Below are positions 8,836 through 16,381 of a DNA stretch of 32,000 bases, piece after piece. This DNA is from Candidatus Nanopusillus sp. (GTDB lineage: Archaea; Nanobdellota; Nanobdellia; Nanobdellales; Nanobdellaceae). Where the stretch lies: positions 15,803-47,802 of the forward strand of contig JAPYVP010000004.1 in the NCBI GenBank assembly GCA_028276785.1, written 5' to 3'. The notes beneath the pieces are model-generated. The model worked only from the letters and a program-made list of their open reading frames with translations, was not told the origin of the DNA and did no database searches. Position 1 is the first letter of the stretch; each line of letters opens with the position of its first letter. The position numbers and the translations under genes are program-made.

Positions 8836-10101
8836 TTACCTTTTCAATAACCATTTCCACAGTGGTATTAATTTTATTTCTTTATTATCTTTAATTATTC
8901 TATCTTCTAAATCCCATGTAATAATTTTTAAATCATTACAATTTAATAAATTAGATGCTTTAATTAAAGATCTAATTTCTCTTTTGTCCATTTCATCTAT
9001 ATTATTTATATAAGAAACCTGGATTAATTCTTTTACTATATTATTTTCTTTTATTAAAAAATCTACTTCGTGTTGTTGATAATCTCTAAAATAGTATATT
9101 TCAATTAGTGGATTGTTATTAATTAATCTTAACAAATCTAAATAAACCATATTTTCTATTCTTTTTCCTATATCATATTTACCAAACAAATTTGCAAAAG
9201 ATACATCACATAAATAAACCTTTCTTGGCCACCTTTTTCTTTCAAAATATTTGTTAGAATATTTTTCTACAAAAAATATAGACATTGTATCTTGTATTTT
9301 ATCCAAATATGAAAATATTGTATTTTTTGTATTTATATTAAATTGATTTTCTATAAATTTTTTTATTCTATTTATACTTATTTCATTAGAAAAATTTTGC
9401 ATTAAATATTCAAAAATTATTTTTGCAACATTAAAGCTTCTAATTTTCCCTCTTTCTATAAAATCTTTATAAAAAATTGTTTCATAATATTCTTTAATTA
9501 TTCTTTCTTTATCTTCTATAAAAATTACTTCTGGATATCCTCCAAATTTTATATATTCCATTAAATATTCTTTTATTTTTTCTATTTCACTTATACCCAA
9601 TATCTTAGAAACATTCATCTTTGTTTTTAGAAATTCTCTAAAAGAAAATGGTAATAAAATATAATATATTGTTCTACCTCTTAATTCGGTTAATAATTCT
9701 TTTGGTAATAACCTTGAGGACGAACCTGTTAAATATACATTATACCCCCTATCAATTAGCGTTCTTACTAATTTATCCCAATTTTCTAAATTTTGTATTT
9801 CATCTAAAAATATTGTATTTATTTTTACATCATATTTAGATTCATATAAAGATATTATATTTAAAATTTCTTCTGGCTTAATATTTGAAAATTCTATACT
9901 CTCAAAATTAATATATATTGACTTATCTTTACTTGATAAATATCTATTTAATAATAAATATGTTTTTCCTGCTCTTCTAGGGCCAACAATAGATATAGCC
10001 TTATTTTCTATATTTTTTATATTTAATTCTCTTTCAATATAATTTATTTTTCTTTCCCTTATTCTTTCAAAATATTCTATTATAAATTTTTCATCATACA
10101 T
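8836..10101 (-). CDS. AAA+ ATPase of the COG1373 type (AAA_14 plus DUF4143-like C-terminal domain), paralog 1
   Basis: Walker A ISIVGPRRAGKTYLL, Walker B IFLDEIQ, LTGSSS and ELRGR motifs. C-terminal nuclease-like HEVDFLIK...ELIQVSY. The track ORF extends to 10206, but MYDEKF at 10101 has a TATA-like box centred about 26 nt upstream, so 10101 is the preferred start. Confidence 0.8.
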   Translation of the reverse strand: MYDEKFIIEYFERIRERKINYIERELNIKNIENKAISIVGPRRAGKTYLLLNRYLSSKDKSIYINFESIEFSNIKPEEILNIISLYESKYDVKINTIFLDEIQNLENWDKLVRTLIDRGYNVYLTGSSSRLLPKELLTELRGRTIYYILLPFSFREFLKTKMNVSKILGISEIEKIKEYLMEYIKFGGYPEVIFIEDKERIIKEYYETIFYKDFIERGKIRSFNVAKIIFEYLMQNFSNEISINRIKKFIENQFNINTKNTIFSYLDKIQDTMSIFFVEKYSNKYFERKRWPRKVYLCDVSFANLFGKYDIGKRIENMVYLDLLRLINNNPLIEIYYFRDYQQHEVDFLIKENNIVKELIQVSYINNIDEMDKREIRSLIKASNLLNCNDLKIITWDLEDRIIKDNKEIKLIPLWKWLLKR

Positions 10102-10121
10102 GTCATTATTATTATACCAAA

Positions 10122-10133
10122 TTTTTATAAAAA
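10122..10133 (-). promoter_or_regulatory. TATA-like box for ATPase paralog 1
   Basis: tttttataaaaa is centred about 26 nt upstream of the internal ATG at 10101. Confidence 0.4.
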
Positions 10134-10226
10134 TTGTATAGTTACTATACCAAATATTCAAGATTTTGTCATATATATAAAACAATATCAACAGATTTTG
10201 TTTCATGAATTATAACAAATTACATA

Positions 10227-10637
10227 TCATAGTTCCAAAACTTTTATACTATATTTTTTAGCTATTTTTTTCAAATCTTCATCATAAGTAATAAATGAAC
10301 AATTTAATCTTTTAACAATTGATAATAAAATAAAATCATTTAAATTACTTTTACTTAATTTTTTATTATTTTCCTTTATCATCTTTAAAGCTTCCTTAAC
10401 ATCTTTAATTTTTATGCTTTCTATTTCAAATAATTCTAAGTTATTTATTACTCTATAAATAGTATCAATATCATCCACATATTCTATTAAAACCCCTAGA
10501 AATTCATAAATAACCACTTCTGGCAATATAATATCATAACTCGTTAATATATCTAGACTTTTTTGATGATCTTCATAATCCTCAAATGTAGCCCTAACTA
10601 GAACATTTGTATCAACAACTATTCTTTCTTTTTCCAT
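10227..10637 (-). CDS. vapC: PIN-domain toxin VapC
   Basis: 136 aa. N-terminal IVVDTNVLV (the first PIN acidic residue). Typical size. Overlaps the upstream antitoxin gene by 19 nt. Confidence 0.85.
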   Translation of the reverse strand: MEKERIVVDTNVLVRATFEDYEDHQKSLDILTSYDIILPEVVIYEFLGVLIEYVDDIDTIYRVINNLELFEIESIKIKDVKEALKMIKENNKKLSKSNLNDFILLSIVKRLNCSFITYDEDLKKIAKKYSIKVLEL

Positions 10638-10882
10638 CTTTTTATTTCTGGATATTCTTCTTCAATAATATCCTTATCATGTTTTTCTATAACTCTATTT
10701 ATATCTTCTTGAGTTAACTTTCTACCCAATCTTAATTTTACCCATTCTATTGGTTTAATTATTATAGCATTATTTTTTTCATCTTCTTCTACTATTAAAT
10801 ATTGACCCTCCTTTATATTCAACTTTTTCCTAATCTTTGCCGGTATAGTTATTTGGTAATTTCTAGTAACTTTTACTTTCAT
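10619..10882 (-). CDS. vapB: AbrB/SpoVT-family antitoxin VapB
   Basis: 87 aa. N-terminal swapped-hairpin signature VTRNYQITIPAKIRKKLNIKEGQYL. Lies immediately upstream of and overlapping the PIN gene. Confidence 0.85.
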   Translation of the reverse strand: MKVKVTRNYQITIPAKIRKKLNIKEGQYLIVEEDEKNNAIIIKPIEWVKLRLGRKLTQEDINRVIEKHDKDIIEEEYPEIKRWKKKE

Positions 10883-10904
10883 ACTATATTTATGTATACC
10901 ATTA

Positions 10905-10914
10905 CTTATAAATC
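10905..10914 (-). promoter_or_regulatory. TATA-like box for vapBC
   Basis: Plus-strand cttataaatc equals minus-strand GATTTATAAG, centred about 27 nt upstream of the vapB ATG (10882). Confidence 0.45.
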
Positions 10915-11016
10915 TATATCTATTACAAAATATTTTCTTTATTTACTTGTTCCAAATTAAATCAATCTTATCGTCCAAAATTTTCTTTGAAAATAAATAA
11001 TTAGTAAACTAAAAAA

Positions 11017-11418
11017 TTACATTCTAAATTGTCCTCCTTGGCCTCCCGGATAATTTGGATATCCCGGATATTGTTGTGGTGGCATACCTGGTCCCATCAT
11101 TTGTCCTTTACCATAATTCCTCGCTATTTCATTTAAATCTCTTTGAACCATATATGGCATAATTATACCTACAAGTAAGAATAGTATAAAGTATATTATT
11201 GCATTATCTTTTTTAGTAACATAGGCCCATCCTTCTGTATACTTATATAGCCAGAATATACTCACTATTGGTAGTAGAGCTAATATAAATGATGGTATAT
11301 TTGCTCCCAATTCATTTAATTCATTTTTTGTCTTATATAGCCAATACAGGAAATATATCCCAAGCGTTACAAAACCCAATATATAAACCAAAAGTATATT
11401 TCTTTCTTGTGGCGGCAT
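11017..11418 (-). CDS. DUF4234-like small membrane protein with a Pro/Gly/Gln/Tyr-rich tail
   Basis: 133 aa. TLGIYFLYWLYKTKNELNELG resembles the DUF4234 signature (from memory). Three to four TM segments. C-terminal low-complexity tail GPGMPPQQYPGYPNYPGGQGGQ. Confidence 0.55.
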   Translation of the reverse strand: MPPQERNILLVYILGFVTLGIYFLYWLYKTKNELNELGANIPSFILALLPIVSIFWLYKYTEGWAYVTKKDNAIIYFILFLLVGIIMPYMVQRDLNEIARNYGKGQMMGPGMPPQQYPGYPNYPGGQGGQFRM

Positions 11419-11459
11419 TTAATTTTAATTTTCATTATTATTTATAAATCTTTCGTTAA

Positions 11460-13235
11460 TTATTTTTTCATCTTTTTCTTATTTAAATAATCTTTAATAA
11501 AATTATACAATTCCTCTCCAATTTTTCTCTCATTTTCCTTCATAACTTTAGACAAATCTTTTATTATTTCCACATTTTCTTCAATTATTTTTTCCTTTAA
11601 ACTTACATTGGGTTTATTTTCTAATTTTTCTAAATTTTCTTCCATTTTTCTTGTAAAGTTTATATCTAAAATATCTGGATAATATCTCTCAAATATTTCA
11701 ACAATTTTTTTGCCCAATTCAGTGATTTTTATTGATCTACCTTCAACATATTTTCTCCTAAATAAAATTTCGACAATATCTGCCCTTGTGCTTTTTGTTC
11801 CTAAATTTAATTCTTCCATTTTTTTAACTAAGGAAGCCCTATTATATCTTGATGGTGGTTTTGTTTTTCTTTTTAATATATTAACTTTATCTATCAACAA
11901 CTTTTCTCCTATACTAAATTTCAAAGAAACAAAATTGTCCTTATATATTCCCCAATAAATATCTAACCACCCTTTATATTTTATATCATAATAATTATAA
12001 ATAAAATTTTCTTTCGTAATAACATTTATTTTATATACAATTGCTGGATCATAAAATGTTGCAATAAATCTCTTAACTATTAAATCATAAATCAACTTTT
12101 CTTTATATTCTAAATACTCTGGAATATTTCCTGTAGGATGTATTGCCGGATGTACATCGTCTTTAGATCCATTGTTTGGCTTTAAAATTTGTTTTTCCAA
12201 TAAAAGAATTGTATATTTTTTGTAAGAATTTATTAATGATAAATTTGCTAATATTTCTCTAAAATTAATTGTTTCAGGTAATTTTTGAGATGATGTTCTT
12301 GGATAAGATATATAACCTTTTTCGTACAAGGATTGCAAAATATCTAAAGTTCTCTTTGGACTAATTTTATAATATTTATATGCATCCATCTGTATATCTG
12401 TTAAATTATATGGGTGTGGTGGGCTTATTTTTTCTTCTTTTTTATCTACATTGCTAACAATTAAATATTTTCCTAAATTATTTTTTACTTTGTTTGCTTC
12501 ATCCTTATCCTTTATTTTATCTTTTATATATGAAAATTTCAATTTTTTGTCACCCTTTATAACTAAAGCTTCAACTTTATAATATTCTTCCGGTTTAAAG
12601 TTTTTAATTTCATTTTCTCTATTAAATATTAACATTAATGTCGGACCTTGAACCCTTCCAATACTTAAAACAAATTTTCTAGTATAATAAAATAAAGATC
12701 TTGTTAATGCTCTAGATAAATTAATACCGTATAACCAATCAATTATATGTCTAGTCTCTCCAGCAAATATATATCCAAAATTTAGGCTTTCTTTTCTATT
12801 ATTAAAAGCTCTAACTATATCTTTATATGTTATGGCAGAAAATATCATTCTACTTGCATTTTCTTTATTTAATATATATCTTAAGATGTTATAACCTATC
12901 AATTCACCTTCTATATCATAATCTGTCGCAATTATTATATCATTCTCATTTTTAAATTTACTAAACATTTCAATATAATATTTTTTTGCAATAATTCCAT
13001 CCTCAAAATATGATGGAACCCATCTATAATTGAATGTAGGATAATCATATTTTTTATCCAAATCTGATAATGTAAATAAATGACCAATTGCCGGAACAAC
13101 ATATATATTTTTTCCTTCCAGATTAAAATAATAATAATATATGTTTTTTGAAAATTTTATTATCCTATACCTATTATTTGATAAAAATGATGAAATCTTT
13201 CTAGCCACAGAAGGTTTTTCTGTGATTATTAACAT
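11460..13235 (-). CDS. topA: Type IA DNA topoisomerase (TopA/Topo III-like, no C-terminal zinc ribbons)
   Basis: 591 aa. Toprim N-terminus MLIITEKPSVARKI and ATDYDIEGE. Active-site tyrosine context GYISYPRTSS. Confidence 0.9.
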   Translation of the reverse strand: MLIITEKPSVARKISSFLSNNRYRIIKFSKNIYYYYFNLEGKNIYVVPAIGHLFTLSDLDKKYDYPTFNYRWVPSYFEDGIIAKKYYIEMFSKFKNENDIIIATDYDIEGELIGYNILRYILNKENASRMIFSAITYKDIVRAFNNRKESLNFGYIFAGETRHIIDWLYGINLSRALTRSLFYYTRKFVLSIGRVQGPTLMLIFNRENEIKNFKPEEYYKVEALVIKGDKKLKFSYIKDKIKDKDEANKVKNNLGKYLIVSNVDKKEEKISPPHPYNLTDIQMDAYKYYKISPKRTLDILQSLYEKGYISYPRTSSQKLPETINFREILANLSLINSYKKYTILLLEKQILKPNNGSKDDVHPAIHPTGNIPEYLEYKEKLIYDLIVKRFIATFYDPAIVYKINVITKENFIYNYYDIKYKGWLDIYWGIYKDNFVSLKFSIGEKLLIDKVNILKRKTKPPSRYNRASLVKKMEELNLGTKSTRADIVEILFRRKYVEGRSIKITELGKKIVEIFERYYPDILDINFTRKMEENLEKLENKPNVSLKEKIIEENVEIIKDLSKVMKENERKIGEELYNFIKDYLNKKKMKK

Positions 13236-13388
13236 AAAAATATTTTATTAATTATATTTTTGAGTATTATAATATCAAATCAATATATTGTTTTATCAAA
13301 ATTTAAGTATCAATAGATGTTAGTATTCGTTTACTACTCATAAGTTTAAACACATATTCATTTATTTCTTGAAAGATTCTTTATATTA

Positions 13389-15116
13389 ATGAATAAACTC
13401 TATAGATATATAATTATACATTTGTCATCCACTTTAATCCCAGTAATTCCTTTTCTTATCTTACTAATAAATAATGAATCCGTATCCCCTATAACTCTGA
13501 TCATATCATCATCTCCAATAATTATTTCTTTTATATTTTTATCCTATCTATTTAGAGATTCCATTACAAGAGATCCAAATCCAATGGGTATTTTTTACTT
13601 TATATCCAAATTATCTAAATATTTATTGCCAACTTTCGGATTCTTTTATTACTTATCAATAATATCTTTTATTTCTTCAGAATTATTATTGATAGGTGGT
13701 TATTTTAAAATAATAAATTCTTTTTCATTTTTAATACCTTATATAATAATATTTACTTTTTTATTATTTAATTTACTTAACATAAACATTGAAAGCAAAA
13801 TACAGGAAATTATTTCATATACTTCTGTTATATCTCTTATTATTTTAATTTTGCTTTTTACATTTCCAATAGACATAAATATTCAATATAATTATATAGA
13901 TCCTTTTTTATTTATAATAGCATATAATATATCGGTATTTTCTGGTCTAGATGTACTCACATATTATTCCAATTACTCAAACAATAGAAAAACTGGAAAT
14001 GCTACTTTTTATGGAACAATACTTTTGTCAATAATTTCTATATTTTTATACATAAGTCTATTAAATATTAAAATAAAAGATCTTAGCAACATAATTCTTT
14101 TAATATTCTTACCAATCAGTATATATTCTACATATATATGGTTTTATACTGCAAACAAAATATTAGAAAATATATCAGAAAATAGATTATTACCATATTT
14201 CTTTAGGATAAAAAGCAACGGGAATTCTCCAATTTTTAATATCTTTCTATCTGCATCCATTATTTTAGTATTTCTATCATTAAATGACTTTGGCCATTTG
14301 TTATCTTTCTTCTCCTCCTTTACAATTATTATATACATACTATATGTAATATCTTATATAAAAATTAAAGTGGAAGGAAAAAATTTGCATAAGTGGAGAT
14401 TAGTAAAAATATTTATTGCTGTCTTTTCAATGACAACTTTATCCTATATGTTATTATATAATTTCCTAAATAATATATATGCAGCTATACTTACCTTTTT
14501 TATATCTTTTATTGTATTAATAATAACATTAAAAATAACATGGAAAAAAGATAAAAAACTTATAGAATTATACTTTTCCAAATTTCATTTTCTTCCATAT
14601 TTAATTAGAAAATTATGGTATAAAGAAGATATAAAAATAATCGAATATTATATAAAAGATGGATATAAAATATTGGATTTCGGTCCATTTCTTGGTGATA
14701 TAGCTATACATATTGCAAGAAAATACAATGTAAAAGTTTATGCTCTAGAAATATCCCAAAAAATTGCAAAAAAATTACAGGAAAAAACAAAAAATATGGA
14801 CAATTTTTTTGTATATATTGTAAAAAAGGATGAAATTCCAAAGATATTTTATAATAACATTGATTTAATAATCATATATGAAACATTAAAATTTATTATA
14901 GATAAAAATAAATTTGTAAAAAGCATATATAGAACATTGAAAAATAATGGATATTTAATATCAATAACTTATGCAGACTTTTTAGAAAGAAAAGATATAG
15001 AAGATGAAATTAAAAAAATAAAAGAATTGCTTGAATATCATAATATAAAGACATTATTAATAAAATCTCATAAAGGATTGTATACTAAATATATATTAAT
15101 AGGTAAGAAAATCTAA
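13389..15116 (+). CDS. Fusion protein: divergent APC-superfamily-like permease (about 390 aa, multi-TM) plus C-terminal class I SAM-methyltransferase-fold domain
   Basis: The N-terminal part is polytopic, with an APC-like block ANKILENISENRLLPYFFRIKSNGNSPIFNIFLSASIILV. The C-terminal part has ILDFGPFLGDIA (degenerate motif I), VYALEIS (post-I acidic), DLIIIYETLKFI (motif II) and LKNNGYLIS (motif III). Confidence 0.6.
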   Translation: MNKLYRYIIIHLSSTLIPVIPFLILLINNESVSPITLIISSSPIIISFIFLSYLFRDSITRDPNPMGIFYFISKLSKYLLPTFGFFYYLSIISFISSELLLIGGYFKIINSFSFLIPYIIIFTFLLFNLLNINIESKIQEIISYTSVISLIILILLFTFPIDINIQYNYIDPFLFIIAYNISVFSGLDVLTYYSNYSNNRKTGNATFYGTILLSIISIFLYISLLNIKIKDLSNIILLIFLPISIYSTYIWFYTANKILENISENRLLPYFFRIKSNGNSPIFNIFLSASIILVFLSLNDFGHLLSFFSSFTIIIYILYVISYIKIKVEGKNLHKWRLVKIFIAVFSMTTLSYMLLYNFLNNIYAAILTFFISFIVLIITLKITWKKDKKLIELYFSKFHFLPYLIRKLWYKEDIKIIEYYIKDGYKILDFGPFLGDIAIHIARKYNVKVYALEISQKIAKKLQEKTKNMDNFFVYIVKKDEIPKIFYNNIDLIIIYETLKFIIDKNKFVKSIYRTLKNNGYLISITYADFLERKDIEDEIKKIKELLEYHNIKTLLIKSHKGLYTKYILIGKKI

Positions 15117-15120
15117 TATT

Positions 15121-16131
15121 ATGATAAATTATTTTGAACTGAAGAAATGGTATAATGACAATGCCGAAAAAATAAATAATTCAATAGTAAAAAACATATA
15201 TAATATTGAAGATGGGGTTGTTTTTGAATTATATAAACCAGGTTTAGAAAATAAATTTTTATACATAATCCCAGGAAAAATTATTTTTCTATATAATGTT
15301 AAAGAAAGAGAAGAAATAAATAAATTTACACTAAAATTAAGGAAAGATTTTAATGAGACAAAGATAAATATTGAAATTGATAATAATGATAAAATTATTA
15401 TAATAAAAAATAATGAAAAAAAATTATATATAGAGCTTTTTCCAAATGGGTTATTAATTGTAACTGATTATAATGATACAATTCTATATGCAAATCAATA
15501 TAAAAATTTTGGAGTAAGAAAAATATTTAGAAATGAAAAATATATAAAGCCACCAGGTTCTGTAAATATTATAAATAATATAAATGAATTTTTTGAAAAG
15601 GTAAATAATACAAATAAAAAAGATGTTGTAAGATTTTTAGCAATAGATTTGTCATTGGGGGGAAAGTATTCTGAATACATAATAAAAAAAGCAAATATTG
15701 AAAAAAACAAAAGTCCAAAAGAATTAAATAAAGAAGAAATAGAAAAAATATATAACATTTATAATGATATAGTAAAATTAAAAATCATAATAGATGAAAA
15801 TGGAAATATTATCGAAGATATTAATAAATATTTCATAAATCTTTATTTAAATAGTAGAGAAAATAAAAGAATTAGGAAATTAAATGAAGAAAAAGAAAAA
15901 ATAAAAAGAATAATAGAAGAGCAAAAAAAATATTTGGAGGAAATTAATAATGAAATTTATAAATTAGAGAAAATTGGTGAATTTTTAAACATATATTCCT
16001 GGATATTTAAGGACTATGACGTAAATAATATAATAAAAAATTTTAGAGAAATTAATATTGATATAGATATTAAAATGGATAATAGATATTTAATTATTAA
16101 TATAGATGATAAATATTTAGAGAATAAATAA
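15121..16131 (+). CDS. NFACT-N (FbpA/RqcH/Rqc2-like) protein, N-terminal half only
   Basis: 336 aa. NFACT-N-like layout: FELKKW...INNSIVKNIYNIEDGVVFELYK, LRKDFNETKINIEIDNNDKIIII, LYIELFPNGLLIV, R.IFRNEKYIKPPGS. An HhH-like segment VVRFLAIDLSLGGKYSEYIIKKANI follows, then a coiled coil. No NFACT-R/DUF814-like part. Confidence 0.6.
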   Translation: MINYFELKKWYNDNAEKINNSIVKNIYNIEDGVVFELYKPGLENKFLYIIPGKIIFLYNVKEREEINKFTLKLRKDFNETKINIEIDNNDKIIIIKNNEKKLYIELFPNGLLIVTDYNDTILYANQYKNFGVRKIFRNEKYIKPPGSVNIINNINEFFEKVNNTNKKDVVRFLAIDLSLGGKYSEYIIKKANIEKNKSPKELNKEEIEKIYNIYNDIVKLKIIIDENGNIIEDINKYFINLYLNSRENKRIRKLNEEKEKIKRIIEEQKKYLEEINNEIYKLEKIGEFLNIYSWIFKDYDVNNIIKNFREINIDIDIKMDNRYLIINIDDKYLENK

Positions 16132-16135
16132 ATCC

Positions 16136-16170
16136 TTTTTTCTTTTATTTTTTATAGAATTTTTTCTTTT
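16136..16170 (+). terminator. Oligo-T tract downstream of the NFACT-N gene
   Basis: tttttt cttttatttttt ... tttttctttt lies directly after the stop codon. Archaeal termination typically uses oligo-T runs. Confidence 0.35.
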
Positions 16171-16192
16171 AAAATTTATATATTTACCCAAT

Positions 16193-16203
16193 AAATATAT
16201 AAA
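16193..16203 (+). promoter_or_regulatory. TATA-like box for the 51-aa zinc-ribbon ORF
   Basis: aaatatataaa is centred 27 nt upstream of the ATG at 16225. Confidence 0.45.
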
Positions 16204-16224
16204 TTTTTTCAGTAAAAATTATTA

Positions 16225-16380
16225 ATGGCGGAACAGTATATGGCGTACTGCGTCAGATGTAAGAAAAAGGTACCAGTACAGAATCCACAAAAAACTACAT
16301 TAAAGAATGGAAGAACAGCAATAAAGGGAACATGTCCATATTGTAAGGGAACAGTATACGTATTTGTTAAGTCTGAATAG
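16225..16380 (+). CDS. Small zinc-ribbon protein (DUF5679-like), 51 aa
   Basis: Not in the ORF track (under 60 aa). Hand translation: MAEQYMAYCVRCKKKVPVQNPQKTTLKNGRTAIKGTCPYCKGTVYVFVKSE*. It has two CxxC pairs. Local G+C is visibly higher than the flanks. A correctly spaced TATA box lies upstream. Confidence 0.75.
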   Translation: MAEQYMAYCVRCKKKVPVQNPQKTTLKNGRTAIKGTCPYCKGTVYVFVKSE

Positions 16381-16381
16381 G

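Noticed and set aside
8819-9013. Plus-strand 64-aa ORF starting in the long gap and running into the ATPase gene
   Set aside because: Most of it is antisense to the ATPase 3' end. The sequence is low-complexity hydrophobic, and no TATA box sits at the standard spacing.
10102-10206. N-terminal 35-aa extension of ATPase paralog 1 (and the analogous 27626-27694 extension of paralog 2)
   Set aside because: The extensions are Ile/Tyr/Asn-rich with no homology signal. The internal ATGs (10101, 27625) each have a TATA-like box about 26 nt upstream, and those boxes fall inside the extensions.
11031-11100. GC-rich patch that could be mistaken for a small structured RNA
   Set aside because: It is in frame within the 11017-11418 ORF and encodes the Pro/Gly/Gln-rich tail. 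I found no stable stem-loop in it.
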